Of a DNA stretch of 64,000 nt, positions 1 to 15,160 are shown one piece after another. The notes under the pieces were generated by a model. That model worked only from the letters and a program-made list of their open reading frames with translations. It was not told the DNA's origin and made no database searches. The position numbers were made by a program, and so were the translations under genes. The DNA comes from Massalongia carnosa. Taxonomy: Eukaryota. Numbering within the stretch: position 1 is the first letter of the stretch; each line of letters starts with the position of its first letter. The DNA lies in assembly GCA_965645245.1 (NCBI GenBank), contig OZ287067.1:1488001-1552000 (forward strand), given 5' to 3'.

Positions 1-674
1 AGACCAGATCGTCTTTGAGGAGTCTTCCCATCACCCCGTTCAATCGCTAGCTCTTTCATCGCGGAAATGATGTTCTCCTTCTTGTAGTCCACGTCTAATT
101 TATTGAAGCCTTCGACAAGTGCATTGATGCCAGTTCCTTCTTCCAAAAGTGCAAGGCCACCGCCATAATTTGTACCCCTTGCCCATACAGGCTCATCGCT
201 TAGTTGAACTCTGATATATAGAGCTCTCTTCCCACACTCATCAGAGCACCAGCGTTCCAACTCCTGCCTTTCGACAAACTTTAAGGAATGAAAGCCTTTG
301 CTCTTGTCATGAAGAATGCGGTATTTGGCGTCTGTACCCTCTAGCCTGTTCGGACGGGCACAAAGGACGTATCCACATTTTTTGTTGATATTGCGTTCCT
401 TGACCAAAAGGTCATAATCTGATGGCTGAAAGGACTTTAGAAAATCTTTCACACGGATTACATCACCGGCGGACGGATAAGCTGGGTCTGAGATTGGGGA
501 TGTAGGAAAGTCAAGGAGGATTTCTGTAGCGTTGAGAACCAGAGTTTGTACGTCTTTGCGCTGCTGAATGAGGTTGGCGTGATATAGCGCGGTTTCTCGG
601 TTTCGCTCTTCTGGCGAAAGAGCCTGCGGAGCAGTGTTGGGTCTTGGGGTCTTCTTGAGGATTGACTTGGGCAT
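1..674 (-). CDS. RTR1: Rtr1/RPAP2-family RNA polymerase II CTD phosphatase/biogenesis factor (3' end outside the window)
   Basis: Manual minus-strand translation from ATG 674: MPKSILKK...YDLLVKERNINKKCGYVLCARPN...ERWCSDECGKRALY, the Rtr1 zinc-finger signature. The frame stays open to the window edge. Confidence 0.85.
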   Translation of the reverse strand, partial: MPKSILKKTPRPNTAPQALSPEERNRETALYHANLIQQRKDVQTLVLNATEILLDFPTSPISDPAYPSAGDVIRVKDFLKSFQPSDYDLLVKERNINKKCGYVLCARPNRLEGTDAKYRILHDKSKGFHSLKFVERQELERWCSDECGKRALYIRVQLSDEPVWARGTNYGGGLALLEEGTGINALVEGFNKLDVDYKKENIISAMKELAIERGDGKTPQRRSG

Positions 675-1253
675 TTTCAGTTCTTCAGGAAAGCGGATGC
701 CCCTAGCGGCTCTCCGATTCCGTAGGAGAAATTGATGAAATGCGAACGAGGCTCTATGAGATTAGATAAACAGAACTGGTTCTTGGATTGACGACGACTG
801 AGCTAGAGTGCCAGGATTTGGAGGTTAGAAAGGCGATATGCGAATGCACGCCAGCATTAGCCTTGACATTAGACAGCCATTGCTACCTCACAATGAGACC
901 TGATGTGGTAATTTACCTGAAGTTCTGATTTCATGAAGAGCTTGGTGAAGTTTTGTCTTCGGCGACTCTGAAGGTGTTTTCTCTCCGCCTCCGCCTTCCG
1001 TTGACCCCCACCATCCCACTCCCCTCCCGTGCCTGCAGGTGGGTTTTGAGCTGACGAACAGTCGCCCTCCTTTAGTTATTGCTTGGCCAGGGTGTCACTT
1101 CGTGTTCTATACAAAAAACCAGGCTTTAATAAAGACAGCACTACATGACTTAGAGCCTGAGAAAGCTGCAAATACGATAGCACTCGGGACCCTCTTGAAA
1201 CCGGATTTTCTACTTCCTGGCATCCTTTCCTCATCACCAATCTACATACAACA

Positions 1254-4200
1254 ATGGCACAGCCTCCCTTTCGAGTGAAAGCTCTCTATGAGTATTCATC
1301 ACCGCACAGCGATGATCTCAGCTTTCCCAATGACCAAGTCATAAATGTTACAGAGGAGGAAGATACAGACTGGTATTACGGGTATTACGAGGATACGCTC
1401 GGAGTCAAACATGAGGGTCTGTTTCCGAAGAACTTTGTCAAAATGCATGAGCCAGAAACACCCCCACGTCCTTCCAGGTTGAGTAGATCCAAAAAAGAGC
1501 TTGAGCCTTCTGTGCTTCCAAATCAGAGTCCTGAGGTCAATCAATCAGAGCCTCCTCCAGCTCTACCAGCAAATGTTATAACTGTCGCACTGTCGAAAAA
1601 TGGTGTTGGGAGGAGCGATGAATTAGCACCTGCAGCTACATTTGATATCACTGAAGATGTTAGATCCTCTGGAATACCGATCGTAGCACCACCTACAAAT
1701 TTGGCAACCAAACCAGCTCCTCCAGTCGCAAAACTTGGCCCGCCTCCAGTCGCTGAAAAGCCAGCTACCGGGTCCTTTCGAGATCGTATAAATGCATTCA
1801 ACAAACCCGCCGCGCCTGTAGCGCCATCAAAGCCAAGTGTGCTCGGAACTCCGGGTGGCTCTAGCTTCGTAAAGAAGCCTTTCGTCGCTCCACCACCAAG
1901 TAAAAATGCCTATGTACCTCCTCCGCGTGAGCCCCCACCACAGAAATTTTACAGAAGAGAGGAGGATCCAGAAGTTGTGGCACAATCATCAAACAACGTG
2001 GAAGGCAATGAGCGAGGAGCTTTACAACGAAATCAGGGCCTGGCCGAAGAAGAAGACGATATACCCAAGCCGACAAGTTTGAAGGATCGAATTGCACTAT
2101 TGCAAAAACAGCAGATGGAGCAAGCTGCCAGGCATGCAGAAAGCGGGCAAAAGAAGGAGAAGCCTAAGCGACCACCCAAAAAGCAAATGGAGTCACAGGA
2201 ACGTGGTATAGGTCAGGATGAGCATCCAGAGGTTGCCCAACTAGAACGTAGCGATACTGGAGAGACTATGGGAAAGCGCTCTGTAGACATATTTCGCGAT
2301 GATCAGTGGCCCAACTCTCACGTAGGCGCAAGATCTCATAAATCCAGAGAGGCTACACCATTGGCAAGCCCTATAACTTCTCATCAAAGGGAGATTCTGA
2401 GTGACGCAAACGATGCCGACCAGTCAGGTGCAGGAGATACAGAAGATGGAGAGGAGGTCTCTACAGGGCGAGACGATAGCGATGAAAAGCCCCGAAGCAA
2501 GATCTCTGTTATCCCACAACGATCATCAAAAGCACCTACTCACGAAGCAGATGTTGGAGATGAAGAGGAAAATGCAGATGAAGAGGAAGAGGAAGTAGAG
2601 GTTGACCCAGAAGTCAAAAGGCGGATGGAGATTCGTGAGCGCATGGCGAAGATGAGTGGTGGTATGGGAATGGCCGGCATGTTTGGCCCTCCTGGCGGTA
2701 TCTCCCCGATGGCCCCAAAGAAACAAAGCTCGGTCCTAGTTGAAGGGAAAGCTTTGGTGAACCCTGCCTTTGGAACACCTGATGCGCCTTCGCCACGCGC
2801 ACCGCCTATATCCATGGTCCCTATGCTGGGCCTTCAAAAGGTTGGAAGCGCCGAGCAAGAATATCCTCCTGTCGAGGTTCGCAAGGAGGAAACAGATAGC
2901 CCTCGATCAATCGTTCGAGGGCGAGATTCTGGCGAATTGCCTGACATAGAAGATCTTAAGGAAGGCTCATTGCCGCCGTCGAGGAGGTCAACAGAACGAG
3001 CTATGCCTCCGCCAGTACCTCAAGGTGCTTACTCTCATGACGATATATTATAATGTGGAACTAGCTGAGATTGAATAGATCGTTTTGTTCCGGTAGCCTC
3101 TGGTAATGTCCAAGGCGCTTCCGCCTCGTTATCAATGGACCGCCCCTTGCCTCCTACACGTACTGATTGTAGGTTTTTTCATCTTGAACACTAAGTACAG
3201 CTCTGATTAGCGCTACAGCTCGGTCGGTACCACGATTTCATCCCAGTCAACCCCTTTCACCAAGCGAAGGCTCAGAGTCGGATGATGAAATGTCATTACC
3301 TCCAAGGAGTTTATCTTTACAGGTACCTGGAAGCAACGATTCCCGCCCTTCCACTCGCGAGGGGCCTCCTTCTAACGGTCCACCGCCATCACTTCCTAGT
3401 AGGCCTCGGGGTCCTCAATCGCGTGTTTCTGATTATGATCCCCCTAGTCCTTACCTTGAAACAAGAGAGAAGACTTCTACGTCCCCAATGGCCTCGATAA
3501 CCTCAGTTAGGAGAACTAGCCGGGTTCCGCCAATACCTGGCTCTAGTCCCACGATTTCGTCGACAACTCAAAGCAGGGCTCCTCCACTTCCTCCCAATAG
3601 CATTCCGTTGTCTAGGGGTTCGACTGGTGATACTAGAAGGCCCCTCGACGAACCAAAAAGTCGAGCAATCGAGCAAAGTGATGAGGAGATTACTGAATAT
3701 GAAGGCGATTATGACACAGACATGGCTCCTGGGGCCACTCATAAAGAGGCCTTGAAATCCCATGCTAAAGCACGTAGTCTGGAAGACGATTCAATGACGG
3801 ATGAGGGAACTTTCCATCATTCAGGGCTCCCTTCTTTAGGTCCCCCTTTATCAGTAGCGCCACGGGCCGTTCCACCTCCGCCTCCAAGCCAACCCCCCCG
3901 AAATCATCGACAATCTTCAGATATGCCAAGAGCGCCACCTCCTCCCCCTCCCCCGTCTAAAGAACAGACGTATGAATATCAAGAGGAGGAGCCTAACACA
4001 TATACTCCTGTCGATTCCGAACCCAATGGACCAGTCGATCCAATGCCCGGTGCTGTTGAAGATCTCAGGAATCCTGTAGATGATGACCCGGATGGTCTTT
4101 ACTCGGCCTCCCCCCCGCGTCGAAGCCTACCACGGCGACCTTCCGAAGGCGTGTCGCAGCATAATGCTTCAGCCCCATTGTCTGCTCCACCTAGGCCTGT

Positions 4201-5056
4201 GCCAAGATCTTCTTTAGAAGTGCAGCGAACAAGCACTAGTGGTAGAAGATCTATAGAAGCCCCGAGGTCCTCAAACGAGCAAAGGTACATCGCTGGCACA
4301 GTCGATTTGGGACAAGACAGTCAGTGGTGGGCTCAACCAAACCTACCCCCACCGATCTTTCAAAACCGCCGAGATGTAATCTACGAGATTGAAGAATCGA
4401 GTACGACAAGACGAGGAGGTAAACAAGCCATTATCAAGACCGTATATGTTTTGTACATGGACTATTCGCAGACAGTGATCTCGGCCCATTTCGAGCTGCG
4501 GGACCCTGGCGCTGTAACCTTAGAGCAGCGTCATGAGCCACCACCTACACCCTCGCGTCAAGATCAGCTCGAAAACGCTCACACACGATTTGGCTCTCGT
4601 ATTGGGGAAGGCGTAAATTCTAAGAAAGAGACTGTGGTGGGTGACGGTACTCCTCAAGATCTCGTTGTTGATCTTATCTCCAAATTTCCAGATGCATTAC
4701 CACCTGTTGGGGTGCGCGCCTATGGGGCTCTTGTGTATGCGAATCTAGCAAACGCCACCGTGCAGCAATTGGACGAGATCCGCTGCGGAGACATTGTCAC
4801 GTTCCGCAACGCCAAGTTCCAAGGCCACCGCGGACCTATGAAATCTAAGTACGCGATCGACGTCGGAAAACCGGATCACGTGGGGATCGTGGTGGACTGG
4901 GATGGCACCAAAAAGAAAATCCGAGCATGGGAGCAGGGTAGGGAGAGCAAGAAGGTGCGGATCGAGAGCTTTAAGCTTGGGGATATGCGAAGTGGAGAGG
5001 TTAAGGTGTGGCGGGTGATGGCGAGGGATTGGGTGGGCTGGGAAGGGCAGAGTTGA
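1254..5056 (+). CDS. BBC1: SH3-domain actin-patch protein Bbc1/Mti1 (3 exons)
   Basis: N-terminal SH3 (VKALYEY...DDLSF...WYYG...GLFPKNFV), Pro/Glu-rich middle, and a conserved C-terminal domain (PDHVGIVVDWDGTKKKIRAWEQG). Introns at about 3024-3078 and 3169-3218. Confidence 0.85.
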
Positions 5057-5814
5057 AGAATGCATCGGCTCAGTGCCTACCTAAGACACGTTGCAACGCT
5101 CGTTAAGATCGTGAGCGGTACAAATCTGGACAGAGGGGGCTTGATGTGTAATTTTAAAGCGCGACGAATGCAAGCGTTGATACAAAGTACTGTCTCGACA
5201 ATCGCCCATTGTTTTTCAACTATACTTAGTTTCAAGCATACATTTCCTTACGTGATCTTTTCACTGGACTTGCTTTTAGTCATTTTTAACTATCATCAAA
5301 CTGCGAATACCGTAACACACGAGACTTCCGCAAAACCTCTGTTGAGCAGTGTTTATGTCGCGTCTCCTATCATTCCCATCTTTTCTACAATCTTCACTAC
5401 TCCTACCATCCGTATCCACCGCGCAAACACCACGTCAATCATCATCGGCATCATCGCAACTATCTTCTTCGGTTTCTAAAGAATAAGTGCATACTTACAA
5501 AGTTAACATGGAATTCATAGTCTCGGCACGGTCCTTGGTATGAAAAATTTAGGGCTATCCATATAGCGAAATGCTTGTGAAGAGGAGTGGCGGGAATAGG
5601 GGCAAGGGAGGATGTATCCATTGAATGATGTTAAGATAGGATAAGATGGAAGGTTTACGTTAGTGGCTAGCGAGACAGGCGGTTTGGGGCTTGGTACTTA
5701 TTGAGGAATCGCATGGTTAGATGATTGAGCTTCAAGAAAGAATTAAGGAGCCGTAGATGAAGGAAGGAGACGAGCGTAGGATCAAAAAGACATGATAAAT
5801 GAGTTATCTAGGTA

Positions 5815-6576
5815 TCACTTCAGCGCGAAATAAGCCCGTTCCAACGGCAACCTTTCCGTCTCCCAAGCCAACCAATCCGATCGCGTCGTCCTAAAGAAAT
5901 CCATTAGCCATCTCTATCGCCGCCCCCCCAAACCCCGACCTGACCTCAGCGCAACACCACGTCAAAAAGAAACAAGGAAATGGGAAGAATCAAAACTCAC
6001 GGCAACAAGCCCATGCCATTAACCTTCCAAATCCCCAGCCCCAACGCCAACAAGTTCATAGCCACATACACCGCCTTCACTATCCACAGCGACTTCCTCG
6101 TGCCGGCGGTCTCGAAGCGCGCGAACACGGCGTTCGTCTGCAGCAGGCCCTGCAGCGGGTTCTTGAACAGCATGAAGACCATCATAATGCTGAAGATCTG
6201 CAGCGAGTTGCCGGACATGTACATCATGATGGCGTTCATGGGGAGAGCTTTGGCGGGCGCGAGCGCCAGCTCCCAAGATTTTTTCAGCTTCAATGTGTCG
6301 GTTTCTTGAGGGGTGGAAGGTTTTCGGGCCTGGGATTTTGAGACTGCAGCGCGCTTTTATGGGGAGATGGAGGCGCGAGGTTAGCATGCGTGGTTTTATG
6401 CGGAGAGCGAAAGGGAGGATAGGTGGAGGATTGTGTACCTTTCCGGTAACGGTTGCGGAGTAGCCGGGCGGGTCTGGGATGTTGGCTTTTGTTTTGGGTT
6501 TTGGTGGAGAATGAAGGTCTCTGACCCATTGGGGCAGCTTTGTAGAGGCCGATGGAGAGTTATATTCTTGCGCCAT
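5815..6576 (-). CDS. EMC4: ER membrane protein complex subunit 4 (3 exons)
   Basis: LKLKKSWELALAPAKALPMNAIMMYMSGNSLQIFSIMMV...WKVNGMGLLP spliced to TTRSDWLAWE...LK*. Confidence 0.93.
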
Positions 6577-6805
6577 TCTATTGGTAATGATGGAGATCAA
6601 TCTGCAATGCGAACAGTCTCAGGCAGAAGACGTTTGCACATGAGCTGTTAGCTTAGCCCTACGGCGGCGGCGGCTACGGCCCGGCTGGCCGGAGCTAATT
6701 CTTATACATTTTGATTTGGGGTTTCTTGTGATCGCAGGATGATGTGACACGATTGTTGGTGGCACAGGAACTTAGGGGCTTCCAATCGCATTGAGGCGAT
6801 TCAAG

Positions 6806-9380
6806 ATGAGTGTCGGAGGGGATGCAAAGTTATTCGCGAGAGTGAGTTTAGAAACGCTTCCTCTGGGTGGTTATGTTTGAGCCTAAAGGCCGTGGATTTC
6901 TATCAAGTCGTCAAATTAGCTGCGCGTATAGATTATATTTCATTCTGTCATTGAAGTTATAGTCCGGGGGTTGACTTGTGGCTCATATTTTCTCATATTT
7001 TTTATCATGGCTATACTCCCTCTTCAGTCACCGTTTTTGGCTTGCATATTCCATCCTAATGAACCACAGGGAAAAGTCGCCGAGCTGCGCATGGAGCTCA
7101 ATAGTGGTGGCAAAAAGGATAAGAACCACTTGGCTAAGAAGATTGCCCTGAAGAAAATCGTGGCCAACATGACCATGAGCAATAACGACATGGTAGCGCT
7201 ATTCCCCGATGTGGTTCACTGCATGAACATACCCAGTTTGGAAATCAAGAAGATGTGCGCGATTTTGAGTCTACAGTTGAGAGGGATACTTTGGTTGTGG
7301 GGCCGCTAATGGATCAGTAGGTGCTTTCTCTTTTTGGTAAACTATGCACGGCTGAAGCCGGAGGTGGCCTTGCAAGCTCTTCCTGTGTTGGTCAACGTAC
7401 GCATCTATGGATATGATTCGAGCTTGCGCAAAATACTGATGATGTTGTGAGGATAGGATATGGAAGACACTAATCCCCTTATTCGAGCACTGGCGCTAAG
7501 AACTATGTCGTATATCCATGTTCGCGAATTTGTGGAAGCCAGTCTGCCGCCTGTGAGAAAGCTGCTCAGAGATCCAGATCCATACGTTCGAAAGACTGCA
7601 GCAATCTGTGTGGCAAAGCTTTACGATCATGATAGGAATCTTGTCGAGGCTTCGGATCTAATCGACCGGTTAAATGCCATGCTCCGCGATGACAATCCGA
7701 CCGTGGTATCAAGTGCGCTCGCGGCTCTAATGGACATATGGGAAAGGAGCGAAACCATCAAACTTACCATCGACTACACTAGCGCGTCTAAGATTGTCCA
7801 AATTCTTCCAGACTGTTCAGAGTACGTGGACCCCTTTCAATCATTCATTCAAACTAATTTCTTGTAGATGGGGTCAAACATACATATTAGAGGCCCTCAT
7901 GTCATACGTACCACAGGACACATCAGAAGCTTTACTTCTTGCAGAACGCATCACACCACGCCTATCCCACTCAAACTCCGCCGTTGTTCTTACATGCACC
8001 CGTATCGTCCTCTACCTAATGAACTACATCGCCGAGGAAAAACAGATCACTTCGCTGTGCCGAAAACTCTCCCCGCCATTGGTCACCTTGTTGGCTAAAG
8101 GCCCCGAAGTTCAATACCTCGCGCTTCGCAACGCATTACTAATCCTTCAAAGAAGACCGGAAGTCTTGCGAAACGATATACGGGTTTTCTTTTGCAAATA
8201 CAACGATCCTATTTACGTCAAAGTCACGAAGTTGGAATTGATATTCATGCTAGCAACCGAGAGAAATATTATGGAGGTCCTTACGGAACTCAAAGAGTGT
8301 GCTTCCATTAAACATCCGTGGGCAGGCCGCAACTAATTCATTTCCAGGTACGCTACCGAAATCGACGTACACTTTGTTCGCAAATCAGTGCGTGCCATTG
8401 GCAAACTGGCTATTAAGATTGAGCCTGCAGCCCAAGACTGCATTGACGCTCTCCTCGAACTCGTTGCCACCAAAGTCTCCTACATCGTACAGGAAGCAAC
8501 GGTTGTGATCCGCAATATCTTCCGCAAATATCCTAACCGCTATGAATCCATCATCTCGACGCTGTGCGAGAATCTCGACTCCCTCGATGAGCCCGAGGCC
8601 AAGGCGGCCATGATCTGGGTCATCGGCCAGTACGCCGACCGTATCGACAACTCCGACGTTCTCCTAGACGACTTCCTCTACTCCTTCGCCGACGAGCCAG
8701 TCGAGGTGCAGCTCGCGCTCCTCACAGCGACGGTGAAGCTCTTCATCCAGCGGCCTACCAAGGGCCAAGACCTCGTGCCCAAAGTCCTTAAGTGGGCTAC
8801 GGAGGAGACCGATAACCCGGACCTGCGTGACAGGGGGTATATGTATTGGCGGCTGCTGTCCTCAGATCCGGCCGTCGCGAAGCAAATCGTCATGGGTGAA
8901 AAGCCGGTCATTACAGCCGAGTCGGAAAAGCTGGACCCGGCCACGTTGGAGGAAATGTGTCTCAATGTCGGCACGCTAGCAACCGTCTATCTGAAGCCCG
9001 TGCAGCAGGTGTTCCGTTCAGCGCGCGCAAAGAGACTGGTTGATAGCCCCGCTTTGCAAAAACATACTCTGCCCACCTATATGGCGATGGAGGCGCAACG
9101 GTCGGCATCTACTAACGATTCCAAATCACCACCCGGCACGACAGGGAACGTAAACGCGAACCCATCGGCGCAGGCAGATATTGCAGCCGCTGCGGACGCG
9201 GCAGATGTGTACTTTTCCAGCCTAAACACGCGGCAGATGGCGGCGATGAATATCGGGGATGGGGAAAGCCCAAGTCGGGGGATGATGGGGGAGCGGCAGT
9301 ATGTTGTCAATCAGAACCATCCGCAGCAAGTATATCAGCCGCAAGTTGGGGGAGGGAACGAGGATTTACTACTTTTTTAA
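6806..9380 (+). CDS. APL1: Adaptor protein complex beta subunit (AP-2 beta type), multi-exon
   Basis: [12 protein letters not shown] | [18 protein letters not shown]...[14 protein letters not shown]...[12 protein letters not shown]...[17 protein letters not shown]: Adaptin_N domain, split by 5 GT-AG introns. Confidence 0.9.
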
Positions 9381-9693
9381 ACCGCTCATCGATTATAGCC
9401 AGATGATGAAGTTAAACATATCCATGACTCTTAAGATCCCTTTTCTGCGCCCCATTGGTGAGAAGAACAGGGTCAGTAGGGTCAGTAGTAGGGAGTCATC
9501 CGATCTGCAAATGATTAGCCGCAAACCGAGCCCTAGACTCGGCTTTAACGTTGGAGGCGTTTAACCCCCGATCCGATTGCATCACTCCGACTTCACCTTT
9601 CTAATCTCCATCAATTTCCTCAGCTATAAACATACCCATTATGTCTGTTTCTCCTTCCTGTGTTTTTCGCAAGATAGTTGCGGTGCCGGAATT

Positions 9694-11450
9694 ATGCTCG
9701 ATACCGAAGGATCTCAGGATATATCTAAGGCGGCAGCGCGTGTTTCTACAGGGATAACGGGGGATGAGAGAGTGACATTTCCGTATATCATTGCCTCACA
9801 GGCCTCCCTTGAGCCTCCAATAATTACCAGCAAAGTGTTCTCGCAAGATCCGTCTCCAGTTTTCGTGGATGATGATACGAAGGAACGGCAGGGAGAGGAT
9901 GAGGTGGGGTACCTGGAAGCTCTGCAACAAGTGCCATCTGGTCCTCCTTACTCAACTTTCACAAAGTATCAGAAGAACTACATCGTCTTCCTGGCTGCGT
10001 TCGCCGGGCTGTTTTCTCCTCTCTCGTCCAATATATACTTCCCGGCTCTAAACACCTTGTCCAGAGAGCTGAAAGTCTCCCACGAGCTAATCAACTTAAC
10101 CTTGACGACGTTCATGATTTTTCAAGGCTTGGCTCCCACCATTTTCGGCGATTTGGCCGACATGGCTGGCAGAAGACCTACGTACATCATGTGTTTCGTC
10201 ATATACATCGGCGCGAACATTGGTTTAGCGCTGCAGAACAATTACGCTGCGCTGCTAGTCCTCCGGTGTTTGCAGAGCACTGGAAGCAGCGGCACCGTTG
10301 CGCTAGGAACCGGCGTTGTGGCCGACATTGCGTCGACCGGCGAAAGAGGGTTGTATATGGGCTTGGCTCAATTCGGTCCGATGGCCGCACCGGCGCTTGC
10401 GCCCATCTTGGGTGGCATCTTGGCGCAGTTTTTGGGCTGGAGATCTCTTTTCTGGTTTTTAACCATACTCGCTACTGTTTTTTTTATCTTACTTGGGATT
10501 TCTTTCCCAGAGACTGGCCGAAACGTGGTCGGCAACGGATCCATACCGCCACAGGGCTGGAACATGTCGCTGCTCGATTACATGAAAAGCCAGAAAACGG
10601 ATCAAATGGAGGCACTGAGCCGCACGGATTCATATCAGGCGACAAAAGTATCCCAAGCCGAGCTCGCCAGTAAGAGGAAATTGAGATGGCCTAATCCCTT
10701 GAAGACGGTCCATATCATCTTGGAGAAGGATGTAGCGATATTACTGCTTTTCTGCGGTCTTCTTTACACTGCGATGTACACAGTGTTGGCAAGCATCCCT
10801 AGCTTATTCGCCGAGATTTATGGCTACAACGAGTTGCAAATAGGTCAGCGCCAGCAACCTAGTAGGGCGAATCAAAGGTTCATTCGCTAACCTAGCCAGG
10901 TCTATCGTTCATTCCCTTCGGAGCCAGTTGCACCATAGCCTCGGTCGTGGGCGGGAAAATGATGGATGTAAACTACAAACGAATCGCCAAGAAAGTCGGC
11001 ATCAAAATCGACATCAAACGCGGCGATGACATGCGCGGCTTCCCTATCGAGCTCGCCCGCATCCAGGTTATCTGGGCGACGCTGTATCCCGGGATCGCCG
11101 CGGTTCTCGGTTACGGGTGGGCGTTGGAGCGGGAAGCGCATCTCGCGGTGCCGCTGGTCCTCCTCTTCATCATCGGACTCTCGCTGACGGGCGCGTTCAA
11201 CGTCATGGGGGTCTTGCTGATCGATCTCTATCCCACGAGCCCGGCGACGGCGACGGCGGCGAACAATCTCGTCCGGTGCTTGATGGGCGCGGCGGGGACG
11301 GCGGTCATCATCCAGATGATCGATGCCATGGGACGCGGGTGGTGCTTTACGTTCATCGCGGGGGTCATCCTCCTCGCTAGTCCGCTGCTGTGGGTGCAAG
11401 TCAAGTGGGGGCCGCGGTGGCGCGAGCAGAGAAGGGTACGGGTCGAGTAG
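9694..11450 (+). CDS. MFS drug:H+ antiporter (DHA1, Qdr/Aqr1-like), 2 exons
   Basis: FSPLSSNIYFPAL, GDLADMAGRRP (MFS motif A), PALAPILGG (motif C) and AANNLVRC; about 12 hydrophobic segments. Intron at about 10844-10899. Confidence 0.9.
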
Positions 11451-11652
11451 CATCGGTTTGAGAAGGCGTCGAGGGAGGCAGAAAAGCGGCCGTAACCGCT
11501 CGACTCAAGCGGCATGAGGTCTCGTGTATGTTCGATAGACAAAGCAGGCAGTTTGATTTTCTTTTTTTTTTTCTTTCCCAGTTTACCTAGGTATCTCTTA
11601 GAATTACGATTCGGTGGCTATGCACGGGAAAACCCCCCAAACCTCCAAACCC

Positions 11653-12964
11653 CTAAAACACCAAATCCCACACCACAAGCCCCCCACACAACCCGACCGT
11701 GCCCCAAAAAACAGCCCTAGCCACGCTTCCCCGCTCCGCCGCGCGCCTCAGCGCGCGGTTCCCGCCCTCCACGTTCCCGGCCGTGGACCCCGCGTCGGCC
11801 ACCAGCTGGTCGATGTGCGAGCTTTGCAGCTGGAGGTTGTCGGCCAGCGTGGATTGCAGGGAGGAGATTTCCAGAAGGGAAGATTGTGCGGAGCTGCTCA
11901 GGAAAAGGGGAGGTTAGCTGGGTGCGTTTTTCTTCTTTGAGGGGGTTGGAAAAGGGAAAAGGGAAAAGGGGAAATGTTACCGGACTTGGTCTAGTGTGTC
12001 CTCGTATCGTCGGAGGAGGTCCTGGTTCTCTTGCGCGAAGAGCTGGAGCTGCTCTGGCGATAGCATGCGTTCGATGTCTGCGCGGTCGTTGTCGCCGATT
12101 CCCGTTTCTTCTCCACCTTGCTGGGACTCTCTGCTTGTTCCTCCATTTTCGGCCCTATATCCTCCCCCTCCCCCTCCCCCTCCCCCTCCTCCGCCTCCGC
12201 CTCCGCCTCCGCTTCCCTTGGCAGAAATTGCAGCAGCGGCTGTGTCTTCCCCTCCACCTGCAGCCGACAAAGACCGCGTCTCGGCCCCACCACGACTCAT
12301 GTATAACACGCTCCGACTCCGCTCCACCTCCCTCTCCACCCGCCTCGCGACCATTCCCCTCTGCACCTCCCCCGCCGCCTCCAGCCCCCGCCCCAAATAC
12401 CACACCACCCCCTCCCGCCACCGTCTCCGCGCCTCCTCTTCCCCTCCCATCTCGTCCTCGCCTTCCTCTCCCTCCAACGACAACCCCCCGCCGAGCGCCC
12501 ACCGCCGGAGCGCCCCCCCGCGTTTTCGCTGCTGGAGCTTACGTGCGGTATCCTGGCGCAGGCGTTCGGCGGCCGCGAGTTGAGCGATGGAAGAGGCGAG
12601 CGTGCGGAGGAGAGAGGTGCTTTCGGTGTCGATCAGGTCGCGCTGGGGGTTCGTGAGGGGCTGGGGGGCTTGCGGGGACGGGTAGCGGGTCGGGGGGGAG
12701 GTGGAGAGGTACGGGCGGCGAATGGAAAGGAGATAGGCGTGGAGGGAGGAGATGTGGGCATTCTGCGCGATGGAAGGGTTGGAGGTTAGCTGAATTGGGA
12801 AGATGGGGTGGCGGATGGAGAGGAAGGAGAGGAGCGGTACGGACGATTCGGTAGGCTTCTTTGAGGAATTCGTCTGTGGTGTCGGAGCGTCGGCGGGGAG
12901 AGGGATTGAGGCGCGAGTTGTGCGTTTTGAGCAGTTCGGCGAGGAGAGGAGTGAGATCTGTCAT
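11653..12964 (-). CDS. UFE1: ER Qa-SNARE Ufe1/syntaxin-18 (3 exons)
   Basis: MTDLTPLL...DEFLKEAYRI N-terminus; LSPEQLQLFAQENQDLLRRYEDTLDQV; SNARE motif ...SLLEISSLQSTLADNLQLQSSHIDQL...NVEGGNRAL; C-terminal TM segment ending WDLVF*. Confidence 0.88.
12160..12212. repeat. (CCTCCC)n(CCTCCG)n hexamer repeat encoding poly-Gly in UFE1
   Basis: Directly visible; translates to a run of about 17 Gly on the minus strand. Confidence 0.9.
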
Positions 12965-13262
12965 GATTTTGCCGGGGCGTGGAGATTTTGGTGAATTGAT
13001 TCTAAAGGATAATTTTGGGGGAAGCGAGGTGAAAGGTAGGGAGAAGATGTGCGTTTGGGTAGGACCTTGGGCTCTTGCGGTGCCCTTTACCAGAGGACAT
13101 GGGTTCGACGATTCAAGCAGTTGCCCTACACAAGAAATAAATCCAGCCTAAAAGGGGCGCTCATCAACGTGTAGGGCGATTCTGAGGAGAAGAGTGCGTT
13201 GATATATGTATGATGCCATCCCACGTCTAGTGTGTTGCCATAGGGGTTATGTGCCAATCCCC

Positions 13263-14719
<1,457 letters not shown>

Positions 14720-15160
14720 GGTGGTAGCGGTGAGCTTTTTCACAAATCTGCTGGGATGGCCGCATCAATGTTATTCCTCAAGGTGAGCGACCGTTTGCCC
14801 CCCGTCAATACGACTTCGGCACGAGGATTCCAGGGAAGTGAAGAGCATTGCTCGTCCCATCTGGATCGTTGCGAAGGAAGACATCCCGTTTCTCTCGTAT
14901 CGCTCCATCTTACTGAAGCGTTGAGACGAACTATGTGATGGTTTTCCCGAGCGTAACCCCAGATGGTGGTAGACATATTCGTTGACCTTCCGGCCTCCCG
15001 CCCTTCCGTCCGGGTTTCCCGTCTCCTCAACTCTCAAACTCAGAAGGAGAATGAAAAAGGTTTCTCCGATTCGATTGTCTTCTCTCTCTCTGTCGGTCAT
15101 TGGTTGACGACCAAATAGGAAACCGGTTTGCCCCAACGTTGGGCTAACCGCATTGGGGGC

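Noticed and set aside
733..801. Possible C/D snoRNA (TGATGA...CTGA)
   Set aside because: No terminal stem or recognisable rRNA guide. It lies antisense in the RTR1 leader, which instead may contain an unverified 5' UTR intron (803-916).
5060..5479. 139-aa ORF right after BBC1
   Set aside because: It sits in 3' UTR/terminator sequence with low-complexity repeats and has no recognisable motif.
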